Positions 15,689-29,013 of a DNA stretch of 64,000 nt are shown piece after piece. This stretch comes from Octopus vulgaris (Eukaryota). The translations under genes were made by a program, and so were the position numbers. How positions within the stretch are numbered: position 1 is the stretch's first letter; every line of letters starts with the position of its first letter. The notes below the pieces were generated by a model that saw only the letters and a list, made by a program, of their open reading frames with translations, was not told the DNA's origin and did not search any database. The stretch is taken from assembly GCA_951406725.2 (NCBI GenBank), contig OX597831.1:3286001-3350000 (forward strand), written 5' to 3'.

Positions 15689-15964
15689 TGTATGTATACA
15701 TGTGCATATATATGTATACGTATGCATATATATGTACACGTATGTATATATATGTATACGTATGTATGTATATGTATACATATGTGTGTATATATATGCA
15801 TACGTTTGTATTTATATGTATGTGTATATATATATATATATAAGTATATATACATGTACATGTATGTATATTTATATATGTATATATATTTGTTTATGTT
15901 TATATGTATATATATATATATACATACATCTGAACGCCATGTTGGATCGTTAGCCCCTACACAC

Positions 15965-16130
15965 AATTTTTTTCGCTCCTTGTTTTTTTTCTGTGTATCT
16001 TTTTGTCGAAGAGCATAGGCTCGAAACGTAAAAGACTTTTTCTGTTTCTATTCCTGAGTGCCATACTAATACATTATTTGTTTGTACTCCACCTGCCTTC
16101 GTCTTTTGTTTATTTTCATAAACCTTCCGT
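15965..16130 (+). repeat. Dispersed repeat with a hammerhead-like motif, probably a Penelope-like element terminal remnant
   Basis: TCTTT-TTGTCGA-AGAGCATAGGCTC-GAAA-CGTA-AAAGA followed by CTTTT...TTCCTGAGTG. A related copy lies at about 52560-52700. Confidence 0.5.
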
Positions 16131-17108
16131 TATATATATGTGTATGTGCATATGTATATGTGTCCATATATAAATGTACATGTATGTATATATATATATA
16201 TGTATATGTATATATATGCATGTATGTATATATGTATATGTATATATGTATATGTATATATCTATAAACATGTATATGTATATATGTATATATGCATGTA
16301 TATATCTATAAACATGTATATATATATATATATATATTTATAGGTATATATATATGTGTGTGTATATATATATATATATTTATAGGTATATATATGTGTG
16401 TGTATATATATATATATATATATAATGGTATATATATGTGTGTGTATATATATATATATATATAGGTATATATATGTGTGTGTGTATATATATATATATA
16501 GGTATATATATGTGTGTGTATATATATATATATATATGTGTGTGTGTATATATATATATATGTGTGTGTGTATATATATATATGTGTGTGTATATATATA
16601 TATGTGTGTGTATATATATATGTGTGTGTGTATATATATATGTGTGTGTGTGTATGTATATGTATGTGTATATATATATATGTGTGTATATATATATGTA
16701 TATATGTGTATATATATGTGTATATATGTGTATATATATGTGTATATATATATGTATATATGTGTGTGTATATATATATGTGTATATGTGTATATATATA
16801 TGTATATATGTGTGTATATATGTGTGTATATATGTGTGTATATATATATGTATATATGTGTGTATATATATGTGTGTATATATATATGTATGTATATATA
16901 TATGCATGTATATTTGTATATGTGTGTATATATGTATGTATATATATATATGCATGTATATTTGTATATGTGTGTATATATGTATGTATATATATATATG
17001 CATGTATATTTGTATATGTGTGTATATATGTATGTAGATATATATATGTATGTACGTGTATATATATGTATGTATATATATATATTTATATATATGTATG
17101 TATATATG

Positions 17109-17149
<41 letters not shown>

Positions 17150-17628
17150 GTATGTACGTGTATATATATATATTTATATATATGTATGTATATATATGTA
17201 TATATGTATGTATATTAATATATGTTTATGTATGTATATGAATATATGTTTATGTATATATGTATGTATATGAATATATGTTTATGTATATATGTACGTA
17301 TATGTATATACATATATGTATGTATATACATATATGTATGTATATACATATATGTATGTATATACATATATGTATGTATATACATATATGTATGTATATA
17401 CATATATGCATGTATATACATATATGCATGTATATACATATATGTATGTATGTATATATATGTATATACATATATGGATGTAGGTATATATATATATATG
17501 TATATATAGGTATGTATTTATATGTGTATATATTTGTAGTTACATATTTGTATATATGTATGTTTATATCTATATGTGTATGTACATATATGTATGTATA
17601 TGTGTGTATATATATCTGTATATATAAG

Positions 17629-17671
<43 letters not shown>

Positions 17672-18092
17672 ACATATGTATATATAGGTATGTATATATA
17701 TTTATGTATACGTATGTATATATATACGTATGTATATATATATATGTATGTATACGTATGTATATATGTATGTATACGTATGTATATATATATGTATACG
17801 TATGTATATATATATGTATATATATATATATGTATGTATACGTATCTATATATATGTATATATATGTATGTATACGTATCTATATATATATATATATATG
17901 TATGTATACGTATCTATATATATGTATATATATGTATGTATACGTATCTATATATATGTATATATATGTATGTATACGTATCTATATATATGTATATATA
18001 TGTATGTATACGTATCTATATATATGTATATATATTTATGTATACGTATCTATATATATATATATATGTATATATATGTATGTATACGTATC

Positions 18093-18127
<35 letters not shown>

Positions 18128-18351
18128 ACGTATCTATATATATAGATATATATGTATGTATACGTATGTATATATATATATGTATGTATACGTATGTATA
18201 TATATATATGTATGTATACGTATGTATGTATACGTATGTATATATATATATGTATGTATACGTATGTATGTATACGTATGTATATATGTATGTATACGTA
18301 TGTATATATATATACATATATATATATGTATGTATATATGTATGTATACAT

Positions 18352-18400
18352 TGCTCAAGCATGGCTGCAGTCAAATGACTGAAACAAGTAAAAGAGTAAA
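18352..18400 (+). mobile_element. 3' tail stub of tRNA-SINE family A
   Basis: TGCTCAAGCATGGCTGCAGTCAAATGACTGAAACAAGTAAAAGAGTAAA matches 49241-49296. Confidence 0.85.
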
Positions 18401-18414
18401 TAGGTATGTATACG

Positions 18415-18455
<41 letters not shown>

Positions 18456-18611
18456 GTATATGTATATATGCATATATATATACATGTTTATGTATATGTA
18501 ATTATGTGTTTATATCTATATATGTAAATATATGTATGTATATGTCTATATGTATGTACGTATGTATACGTATGTATATTTATGTACCAGTCTTTTTAGT
18601 GGTTTTCTGGA

Positions 18612-19326
18612 ATCAGAAAACCACTACATTCAAAAACCCAAGCTGCAAATCATTTAGTTTGCAGTAAAGACCTACAGAATTGGTTCCTAGAGCGGTGGAA
18701 GAAAGTTATTTTCTTGCACGAGTCATCCTTTACCATATTTCAGACCACCGGCTGTGTATATGTGTGGAGACAGCCAAAAGAAGCATTTGACCTCGAGTGC
18801 CTTCTTCTAACTGTTAAACATGGAGAAGTATCTGTGATGATCTGGGGAGCTGTATCTTGGATATCTGCTGGCCCAATGGTTTCCTCTCATGGCAGACTAT
18901 TTAAGCATTTTATCTGATCAAATTCATCCTACGGTTGCGGAACTGTTTCCAGAGGAAAACGCAATCTTTCAAGATGATAATGCACCAATTCACACGGCTA
19001 AAGTTGTTACTGAATGGCAAGAGGAACATTCTAGTGAAGTTGAACAACTTATCTGGCTCCCATAGTCCCCAGATCTCAATATTTTTGAACATTTATGGTG
19101 CATTTCAGAAAAATGTCAATATCCTCCACCATTATCACTCCAAGAACTGTAGACTGCTTTATCTGAAAAACGGACAAAAATTCCTTTGGAAGCAATTGAA
19201 ACTTTGTACGAGTCCATACCTCATAGAATTCAAGCTGTAATTACTGCCAAAGGCATTCCTGCCCCATATTAAAATAAATTTGTTTGAAATTTTACAGTGT
19301 TTACATTATTGTGTCCAACCTCTGTA
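18612..19326 (+). mobile_element. Tc1-like (DD34E) transposon remnant: 3' half of transposase and probable right terminus
   Basis: Fragments RKPL, WKKVIF..ES, TVKHGEVSVMIWG, FQDDNAPIHTAK, SPDLNIFEHLW and AVITAKG..PY*. Ends ...TCCAACCTCTG-TA. Confidence 0.88.
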
Positions 19327-19334
19327 TATATATA

Positions 19335-19389
<55 letters not shown>

Positions 19390-19407
19390 ACTTTCAAAGT
19401 TTGTGTA

Positions 19408-19487
19408 AAAGACATTCGTCCAAGATGTCATGGTAGAGGACTTGAACCCAGAACCATGTGGATGGCAAAGAAGCTGCTTGTCACACT
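19408..19487 (-). mobile_element. tRNA-SINE family A head fragment (diverged)
   Basis: The reverse complement contains CCACATGGTTCTGGGTTCAAGTCC...CATCTTGGAC, similar to the head at 48870-48912. Confidence 0.6.
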
Positions 19488-20474
19488 TGCACTTATATCC
19501 ACACTTCTACCTTTACACACATACATAGGGTGTAGCTTTTACTTTAAAGAATTCTGTTTCTATATAGTTTTTTGTGTGGGATTTAGTATGTGCATGTATT
19601 GCATGTATAAGAATTTTCATGCCACAGTCCTAATACTGTCATCAGTCATCTACTGTGCTTGTGGCAGATAACAACTGTAACAATTGACAAAGCCAGTGGG
19701 AATGAAAATAACTCATGCAATGCTGTATTTTAAATCTTGAGTGCAATGTCTTACTGCATTGGTGAATGAATATCAGTGGCAGTGAGGTTTATGTCAACTC
19801 CTTTATGTGTGTGTATATGAGTGTGTGCACGTAGTTTTTATGAGTTAAGTCATGTGGTAGAGTGAAGTGGCCGTGAACAATGTAACTGTGCAACTAATTG
19901 TAATCTTATAGTATTCCCTCTTGCTTCACTCCTTCACCTTTTCGTCTTACCATTTCCATTCCATATACCTAGGAAGAGTGCATTTTTTTGTGATCAGAAA
20001 ATAGTTCTTTTCTGATGCTATTCTTTTACTCCATATTTCTTGATGATTGCTACTACTACTCTTAGATATCCTGATAATCCAAGATGTGTGGAAAGACACA
20101 ATCAAGTGAAACTGAAAGGAGTGCTAAAAAAGAACCCTAAAAGGATTACATTGAATATTATACTTGATGTTTTAAAAAGGGCTTTTTGCAAGAGGGAGGG
20201 AAATCCACCACATTGTGAAAACATTAATGCTTGCAATGTTTTACTGTGAGAATATTGCTACAACCACTCTTTCTGTCCGCCATCATTTCTATTACCCCTG
20301 CTCTTCCATCCTGGTTCTATTCACCATTCGCAGTGATTTTTTTCCCTCAGTGAATATAAATATGAATTATACAATAACTTTATTCTCAAGAGATGCAAGG
20401 TAGTCCCACTGGTGGTTCTTTTACTCAATGAAATTGGTGTCAGTATGGCATAAGACTCTTCTTTTACTCTCTAT

Positions 20475-20812
20475 ACATGACAACCTCTCGGAAAGTGTAA
20501 CCTCTCGAAAGAGCTGTTCTTCACTCCTGCTCCAGAGCGTCGGCTGCGGGGGTCATTCCGAAAAGCTCTACCTGCGACGATTTCATCTCAATCGAAGGAG
20601 AGGAGCTTTCTCTGTCCGGGTTGCGGATCCGTGGAACAAGCTGCCAGACGAGATGGTGAAGATGCCGACGACCGCTTTGTTCAAAGTCTCCCTTGACCTC
20701 AAGTGGCCTGAACTCTTTACATGAACACCACCCTGTATTTAACTCCATGTCCCCCTACATGGCCTTGCTTTTGGGCCAAAGAATTAACTAACTGACTAAC
20801 TAACTAACTAAC
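20475..20812 (+). mobile_element. CR1-type LINE 3' end with (TAAC)n tail
   Basis: GHSEKLYLRRFHLNRRRGAFSVRVADPWNKLP...FKVSLD is a typical CR1 ORF2 C-terminus. A short UTR with a GGCC..GGCC hairpin and a TAAC-repeat tail follow. Confidence 0.85.
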
Positions 20813-21973
20813 ATATGTATGTGACAGAATTAGCCTCTTAGCCATGTAAATTGTAAATAAATATTCAAACTATATATCCACTATTGGTTGTCATCTATGA
20901 ATTATTCTCTGCCATTTTTTTTCTCAAAAATTCAAACATTAAAATTTACTCAAATCTGTACATTATTATAAATTTTGCTTTTGTTGTGTACGTTTTTGTC
21001 TGTATAGATTTTTAACATGATAGCTTGTTATTAAAATGTTCAGTTTCGTTTGCTTACTAATTAAACTAGTGAATAATAAAGTCAAATAATTTAAAGTTGT
21101 TTCTGCTCCATATATTCACGTTTGATGTTTTAAAGATGTCGGAAATTCCTCTGAAATATTGGAAATGTGTTTTAATATTCTTCATATATTTTGTAATGCA
21201 TGTTTCTTGTCTGGAATCGCAGCTGCTGCTTTTCTTTTCCTTTGTCTTTATCCATGGATATTGTTCATGTTTTCCATCAACTGTTTGTGGCATTGCTTTA
21301 CCAACAACAGTTTGTTACAGTTGATATTGTAACATCTGTAACTTATGTCTCAGTAAACTACTGTTAAAATTTATGCCGTTAATTATTGACATAATATAGA
21401 CATACGCATAAAAGTAGTGAAAAATGTCTCTATTTTAAAACTGGAACAGCAAAAAAAAATCTTTTATGATTGATATTGCTCCAAACTATATTAAATAGGC
21501 CTTTTTCTTATAATGTTTCTGAAATATTTTTTTATTCCCAGTTGTTTGGGAAGTGACGTTCCTGACGTCATTAGTTTATCCCTTAGAAAACGTACAAAAA
21601 TATGTTCAATATAAAAATATTAAGCTCCCCTATATTATTTCAAAACAGAATTTTCAGTGTCTAAATATATGATTCTACAGACAGAGCTGTTTTACACTTA
21701 GTTGTTCAACTAAGTGCTTCAACTGGATGTAAAATATATGCACAATATAAATGTGTTCATTAATTGTTAATGGGTATGTAGTGTAAGGTGAGCCAAGCAG
21801 GAGAAGGGAAGAAGTTTTGTTTTCAAATCTGAGAATTTAGGTTTTCAGGGATTGAGTTAGTGCTGAACCAAGATGGATGAGTGTATTGTATTACAAATTC
21901 ATCTAAGCTCTTTCAGTATATGTATACACATGTATCTAATTGTATATGTGTATATATGTTTGTATGTATTTGT

Positions 21974-22195
21974 TTGCTTCCCAACCACATAGTTCTGGGT
22001 TCAGTCCTACTGCGTGGCACCTTGAGCAAGTGTCTTCTACTGTAGCCTCGGGTCAATCAAAGCCTTGCAAGTGGATTTGGTAGACAAAAACTGAAAGAAT
22101 ATCTATGTAAATGTGTGTGTTGTGTCTGTGTATGTCTCCCACTCCATCTCTTGACAACTGATTTGGTGTGCTAATGTCCCCATAACTTAGTGGTC
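21974..22195 (+). mobile_element. tRNA-SINE family A, partial copy
   Basis: B-box-like GGTTCAGTCC, CCTTGAGCAAGTGTCTTCTAC core and an internal TG tract; aligns with 48858-49160. Confidence 0.85.
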
Positions 22196-22784
22196 TGTAT
22201 TTCATAATGATGGTTACCTAGAGTTAACTCATGCTGCCTGCAGCAGTGTCCCGGTTTAGTGTGGGGCTGTTAGTTCCTTTAAGATTTCACCATATGCAGC
22301 ATTATGTGTGCTCTCTTGTTAGTGCAAGGTACACGTACCAATTCCACTTATTTTCTTGTACTGTTTTTATCAGCTTCATTCTCTTCTGGATTCTGTTCTC
22401 TACATTTATAGCATTGCATTTGATTTATTGCAATATACAAACCTTTGCTTGTTTTAGTAAAGAGAGAAGTTGTCACAATTAAAAAAAAACTGCATGCATT
22501 TTGTGACATTATTATTATCTTAATGGAAAGCTGTTGAATGATTTTGACAATTTCTGCATGGAATGAACTGATACTGTATAAATTGTCTTTCTTTTTATGT
22601 CAATATCTTTGGATTTCTTTATTTTTGTTAAGCTTTACTTGTAGATTTTTAAAAATATTGTTTTCTCTACATTCAATATAAGGAGTATCTTTTCTGAAGA
22701 TTTTAAAACTTAAGACTCCATATACTTTAGTTCATTGTTCTTTTATTTACTTAATTAGGAACTTCTGAAATATCTAGTTAATAT

Positions 22785-23086
22785 AAAGCACCATCCGAAC
22801 GTGGCCAATGCCAGCGCTGCCTCTACTGGCTTCCGTGCCGGTGGCACGTTAAAAGCACCAACCGATCGTGGCCGATGCCAGACCCCTCCCTGGCACCTGT
22901 GCAGGTGGCACGTAAAAAGCACCCACTACACTCGTGGAGTGGTTGGCGTTAGGAAGGGCATCCAGCTGTAGAAACACTGCCAGATTAGACTGGAGCCTGG
23001 TGCAGCCCCTGACTTCCCAGACCCCGGTCGAACCGTCCAACCCGTGCTAACGTGGAAAACGGACGTTAAACGATGATGATGATGAT
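22785..23086 (+). mobile_element. RTE 3'-tail repeat ((GAT)n-tailed, SINE-like)
   Basis: GGTGGCACGTAAAAAGCACC modules, GGTTGGCGTTAGGAAGGGCATCCAGCTG and GGACGTTAAAC(GAT)5; matches 15030-15228. Confidence 0.92.
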
Positions 23087-23724
23087 AAATCATGCAATTT
23101 CTTAATCAGATGTATTTGTTGATACCTGAGCAGGTATAGCAGTTGTCATTATAACTACTATTTCTAAAGTGTATTGTAAATGCTTTAATGCAAGGAACAA
23201 TAAAATATGAGATGAGTTATGTGCTAATAATGTTTGTCGATTTAAATAAAATCTTTGACTGGTAGGTGCATAAATATTTATTACTCAACATTTAAAAGAC
23301 ATAAAAAAGTTTGTAAATAACTTTATTTATAAGCACTTTGCTGGAACTGAAGTTATTCTGCAGAAACTTAGTTTCATAGTTGGTTAGTTGGACAGACACT
23401 CGCAGGGTAATCTTATATACAACCCAGATGAAATTCCTTAGTGTCTCTATACGTGAAATAGTTTTAAAACCACTTCCCTTCCTAGAAAATCATAAAAAGG
23501 AGTTGAACTGGTTTGAAACCAGTAAAAACTGGATAGATTCAAATTTACTCAAAACAATCTTCAGGTTTGAAGGAGTTTGCTTATTTAAGAGGGGTGACTA
23601 GCAGGAAAGAATTTGACAATATTCCAAGAAGATTGGATACCCGAGTTCACTGCTTCAAATTTGGATATAAGTTCTCCAATCTCTGTAGGTATGTTGGCCA
23701 TAAGCTACAGAATAGAGACTTGCT

Positions 23725-23947
23725 TTAACTCTTTAGCATTCAGATTCTTCTGTCACATATAATGGTTATTTATTCACATTGTCTTGAATTAATCATTATC
23801 CTGCAGCTTCAAAATTTCAATGCTAAGATTGTTTATATTTAGAATGACATTGTAGAGCCGGTGTGAGAGGCCTGATCTAGCTGGTTTGAACATAAAACAG
23901 CTAGAAAATTTGGGGTTGATGTGGCCTGTTTAAATGCTAATGGATTA
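23725..23947. mobile_element. TTAA-flanked MITE family 1 (piggyBac-type), diverged
   Basis: TTAACTCTTTAGCATT...AATGCTAATGGATTA; the interior aligns with 62082-62308. Confidence 0.8.
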
Positions 23948-24577
23948 TTAACTGTGATTTTAATGTAAAAGTAAGGAATTATTGAGCAATTTGGTTTCAA
24001 GAAGATTATAATCTTCAGATTTGTTTTATTTCACACAAAGATTAAAGTCTGAATGCAATTAGAATATATATATATATATATATAGGTCTTCCTTGATGGC
24101 AGTTTTGCAGGGTGGGTCAGTGGTGGTGGGTATGGCTCAGAGTAGCCATACTGCATGATGGTTTGTAGCTATGGTGTTAATATTTTGTCCCAAGTAATGT
24201 TTATTGTTGAGTTTGATATTGTTTAATTTCCATTGGACGGTGCTAGTTACTGCTCTTGAACAATTTCACACACACACATATATGCTAAGAAATTTTTGAA
24301 ATGTTTGCATGTATCAACATTTTCAGTCCCATATTCCAATATGTATTTCTCTGCACAGTCTTGGTTAAAATATTATTGTAAAATATTACTCTGTAAATAT
24401 TTTAACATAAATATTATCTATAGAGATAAATAAATGATTGAAAGTTGGAAAACATTTTGCTAGTTGGGTTTCTAAGATTTTACCAAACGTTTTGATTTTA
24501 GTCTATATTGTGTAAAATTTTTTTAAATCTGTAAAAATTTTTTGGTTTTCTGTTAACACATTTTCCTCTGTCCTCAG

Positions 24578-24743
24578 GAAAGTAACAATACATTTGATGA
24601 AATGAGTTCTGAAAATACACGAGGATCTCAAGGTACTCCAACTCCATCAGGGAGTCATCATCCTAGTGTTTCTAACTTGCGGGTTACACCATCACCTGCT
24701 GGCTCAGCTGGATCTCGATCAAATACTCCAGCATCTGTTACAG
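24578..24743 (+). CDS. ARID1: ARID1/osa internal coding exon A (phase 0 to 1)
   Basis: Polypyrimidine-CAG acceptor and G|GTAAAC donor. Encodes ESNNTFDEMSSENTRGSQGTPTPSG...TPSPAGSAGSRSNTPAS, resembling the ARID1 PSP.GS...SRS segment. Confidence 0.82.
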
Positions 24744-25227
24744 GTAAACCTCTTCTTTTCTGAAATGTATTTCTTCCTTCTCCGTTTTATTTAACTTCTT
24801 TCTCTTTCTCTTAATTCTATTCTTTCATTGACTCTGATTTCTTAAACTTTTTCATTGCTTGTTTTTTAAGTTACTTCTTTTCTCTTCATCTTGTTATTAG
24901 CATAGATTTTGACTCAATATTTCACTTATGAATGTAGATTTCTAGAATAAAGTGTTGATTGCTTCAGAAATATGCAAAATTGTAAAATTTCATTCTTTCT
25001 CAACTAGCAAAACAAAAATGGGTGGAGGATTACCTAGCATAGCAGTATAAGCAAAATATTCCTGTCAAATTTATAAAATAAAGTTACCCTGTTTTGTATT
25101 ATTTAAGACCTTTGAACAGACTCTCTTTTGAGTTGTGGTATGAGCTAGGTGTGGTGAAATGGTTCTTAGAGAGCTTTAATGAAGATAACCACTATAAAAG
25201 TAATGTAGTGGCAGTTGATATTTTCCC

Positions 25228-25385
25228 AGCACACTCTTAAGTGGTTGTCATTAGGAAAGGCATCCAGTTGTAAAAACCATGCCACAACACACAATTGGTG
25301 TCTGGACAGCTCCCTGCTAACCTACTCCATGCCAAATCAGCCAACCCATGCTAGCATGGAAAACGAATGTTATGACGATGATGAT
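25228..25385 (+). mobile_element. Diverged RTE 3'-tail repeat
   Basis: GTGGTTGTCATTAGGAAAGGCATCCAG...CCAACCCATGCTAGCATGGAAAAC...GATGATGAT. Confidence 0.75.
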
Positions 25386-25570
25386 TTCATAAATGAGGTT
25401 ATTTGTAAATGTGATAATCTGTCCAATGTTTGAGGTGGGTTGTTCCATCTTGTTATAATTACATACAGTGCCTTAAGTAGCTAAATTTTGTTTGGAGAGG
25501 GTTGTGATATTGGAAATCATTTACATTGTACACATAAATTAACACAATTTTTCTTTTCTCATTATTGAAG

Positions 25571-25663
25571 GAAACCAAGCTGGTAGTCCAATGCCCCCTC
25601 GTCCACCTTCTAGTCAGTTGGATGGACAAGGTTCGATGTCCCAGTCACAAATGACAGGTCAAG
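25571..25663 (+). CDS. ARID1: ARID1/osa coding exon B (93 nt, phase 1 to 1)
   Basis: AG/GT boundaries. GNQAGSPMPPRPPSSQLDG matches the conserved ARID1A/B motif GNQMPPRPPSGQSD. Confidence 0.88.
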
Positions 25664-26529
25664 GTAACGTTCATCTCAGTTGTTTTCAATATGACTTCAA
25701 ATCAGGTTTCATTCATTGCTATTAATTCAACATTTGCAAAACTCAAACCGTGAACTTCTATTATAAGATCAATTATAAAACTTAACTGATTTTTACCTGC
25801 CTGTCTCCTATGTAATAAACAATAATAGCTTGATTTTGCTAACCGGTTTTACTCTCTGATTAATAACAAGTGCATCAAGCAGTACTGCATACCATCTGGC
25901 TATTTTAATTTTGCACATTTTAGTCTGTAATGTACCCTGCTCAGCACGTGTATTTCAATTTGACATTACTGAAAGATTTTATTATTTTCATTTTCTTAAT
26001 TTTGAGAACTTCCTCATTGGTCATTTTCAAACCAACAGACAGTAATTCTGTATGAATTTTGCATATCCCATCTCGTGCCAGAGTATTTATTTGTGTAATT
26101 GTAAGAGCACAAGGCCACAATAATTCATAACTTGTCATATTAGATCAACTATCCTATGTAGTACACACTAGATAAATTCAGCAATTTAGCTCTGCTTGTA
26201 AGCCGAGCATTCCTTGATTATTTAAGGATTATGTTAAGCATTCAATCAAAGCCGTAAAACACCAAGTTCCATAATTATCCTGTGCACCAATTTGATCAGT
26301 GCCTTATCCAGCAATTTTTAGGTGACCTCTTACTACATGGTCGTCATTTGGGATTGTGTTTAATTTCGAATGTAGAGTTTAAATACTCTCTACCTCTTTC
26401 TCATACTCGCATTATTCCTGAGAGTATTGAATTCTCACAATTATAATCAAGGTATTAATTTCAAACCCACTTATTGATTTTTGGGGATGGGGAATAATGG
26501 ATGATTCTCACTGGCTCTTCAAGGCTGTC

Positions 26530-27090
26530 GAGATTAATACTATGAGCATTTTACATAAGACTCTTGCAGGTTTACTCTGTAAAAGAAAGACATGAATGGG
26601 GAGGGAGTTCCAGAGAGCAGCTAATGTGTTGGGTAGGAAAAACTGGATTTAATAGTCGGTGAAGGGTGGGAGCAAGGCAGGGTGGAGTGAGGAGTGGACA
26701 ACACGTGAAATAAGATGAGTCAGTCAAGGGTATCCAAGTGGAGACAGCACTAGATCACTCAGCTGAAGGACACAGGATGAGGAGACAACATGCTTTCAGA
26801 TCAAAGAATGGGGTATATCTATGAGTAACTTTACGTTCAATTTGATCGAAGTGGTCTTTTTCTGGGTTCAGTCTTGAATGTCTGTCTGTCTGCTTGGCAG
26901 AAACACTGACCCAGATGTAGGAGCAGTATTCCATTGTGGGGATTAACCTGAGCTTTGTAAATTGCCAGTAAATTATTGAGTGGGGACTAAACTATTTTTT
27001 ATCCCCAAAAAAGAAAAGCCAGTTTTCGAAATGCAGTCCTTGCTCTGTTAGTATGTTTGCCATAAGAAATGATTTGAAACAGTTATGTGG
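26530..27090 (-). mobile_element. Old, degraded LINE ORF2 C-terminal remnant
   Basis: The minus strand at about 26910-26970 gives LLAIYKAQVNP-TMEYCSYIW, the YK..VRP.MEYC..IW motif of LINE ORF2. No intact ORF. Confidence 0.55.
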
Positions 27091-27114
27091 GCTCTGGTTA
27101 GGTACTGCTCACGT

Positions 27115-27626
27115 TTAACTCTTTAGCAGTCACGTTACTCTATCAAATGTAAAAAAAAGGGTTACCAGCTCCTTCAGTCATGAATGACCATGGGATTGCA
27201 TCTATAAAGTTACTTTCTGCGACACAAGTCTGGGCAAGGTGGTTTGTGGGAGACCAGCAATTGCTCATGTATACCAGTCTTCCCTCTTTGCGCCACCGAT
27301 GTTGTAGAAAGGAAAGGTAAAGCCGATACAGCTTGGCACCAGTGACTTCTCAACTCATTTCTACAGCTGAGTGAACTGGAGCAACGTGAAATAAAATATC
27401 TTGTTCAAGAACACAACATCCTAGACCAGAAATTGAACTCATTACTTTATGATTGTGAGCCTGACTCTCTAACTACTGAGCCATGCACCTTCACTGCCAA
27501 ATGTATTGCTAATTTGCATTATCTTGTAGCTTTGAGATTTTAATGATGCTATTGTTTATTCTTAGAATGACATTGTTGGGTAGGTGTGAGAGGCCAGATA
27601 TGGCTATTTAAATGCTAAAGGATTAA
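27115..27626. mobile_element. MITE family 1 interrupted by a SINE
   Basis: TTAACTCTTTAGCA...TGCTAAAGGATTAA ends; both halves align with 62082-62308. Confidence 0.8.
27152..27497 (-). mobile_element. tRNA-derived SINE family B with 8-bp TSD
   Basis: The minus strand begins GTGAAGGTGCATGGCTCAGTAGTTAG (A box) ... GAGTTCAATTTC (B box), then GTGTTCTTGAACAAGA...CACTCAGCTGTA. TSD CAAATGTA at 27144-27151 and 27498-27505. Confidence 0.82.
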
Positions 27627-28574
27627 TGGAATTGAAGTTATTTACTGTTGAAAGTGTTGATATAGTATGTCCCATCAGAAGATATTTTTGGGGAATATCC
27701 ATAAATAGAGAGCATCTAAACATTCAATCAAAATGTCTTAGAGAGACAAGAAAAATGAGGTTAAATTTTGGATCTTTTTTTGTGTTGTAGAATGATATTG
27801 TAATTTTGGAACCTCCTCCCTCAACAGACTATATTTCTAGTCCTAATCTTTAGCTATTCATTAAAGGATAAATTAACCTAAACAAATCTACACAACTCCT
27901 TTATTAATTTGCAAGAGAACCCTAAAAATGCATGATAAGAATTAAGACTTTTTTTTTTTGTAATAATGTTATTTTTTAATATTTTATAAATGATTTTATA
28001 TGTAAATCAAGAAGATTGTCAAATTATGTTTGATAATTAGGCTACTACTACTACTACTAATACTAACAACTTGCTTGATGTTATATAATGTTACCTTATG
28101 GTTTGAATGGTTTATATTTTTAATTCTACTTACTTTATTTTATAATTAATATTCATCCATTCTAATTATAATTCAAAATTTTCAACTAGGCTGTTTGCGT
28201 CTCCTGTTTTGATAATCTAAGATATGCGTTGCTAAATCTAACTGAAGTAGGTGAAGTTACTGAAGATTTCATGTGCTCTGTCTTATGATAGAGGGTTGGG
28301 TAGCATTTTTTTTTTTTTGGTATAGAAAATGCTAGTTTCAAATATTAAAGTTATTATTCTTAACTTTTAAACATCTTCCCCAATTTACCTTGACGATCTA
28401 GACCTGGCTATGTAATTCCGTCTCTCTACCAGAATCAATGTTTTGGCCACCTCTACGTATTTTTCCTTTTCTTCCATTTTTTTTCTTTTTCTTTTTAAAT
28501 TCACGTTATCTTAATGAAATAGGATGTTTAGCATCATCGAAAAGTTAATGCTTGAGTGTCTGCAATTTTCTTAG

Positions 28575-28721
28575 GCTTCGGTCAGCATATTATGCCTCCT
28601 CCAGTTGGCCCCAATCAGATGTACAACACAGCCAATAAACCAATGGCAGGGATGAATGCTGTGGCTGCCTCAGTTTCTCAGATGGGAGGTCACTTTAGCC
28701 AGTACAATTCCCAATTTCCTG
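28575..28721 (+). CDS. ARID1: ARID1/osa coding exon C (147 nt, phase 1 to 1)
   Basis: TTTTCTTAG acceptor and G|GTGAGT donor; open frame GFGQHIMPPPVGPNQMY...FSQYNSQFP. Confidence 0.82.
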
Positions 28722-28982
28722 GTGAGTAAATAAAGTTCAGTTCTGTAGTTTCTTAAGTCTGCCAAATAATGTTTGTTTTCAACTGACTTTAAATGATATA
28801 ACATTGCCAATATGAGAAAGCATTTGAGCAGAAGGGTTTATTTCCAGTTAGTGGGTGATATTTTATTTTTGTTTACCTCTTCCTTTTCCCTGGTAGTGGT
28901 TGGTTGAGAAGCTCTAAATGGCCCAAGAGGGTAGTGATTGTTGTATTGGAACATCTGCCCCTTACTGATAGTTTTTTTTGGT

Positions 28983-29013
<31 letters not shown>

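Noticed and set aside
20040-20249. Possible additional ARID1 exon or transposase fragment
   Set aside because: No recognisable motif, no convincing splice pair, and the composition is unlike the ARID1 exons.
22940-22980. Twister or HDV-like ribozyme next to the GGAAGGGCATCC motif of the RTE tail
   Set aside because: I could not find the twister or HDV consensus elements by eye; only the pseudoknot-like module is supported.
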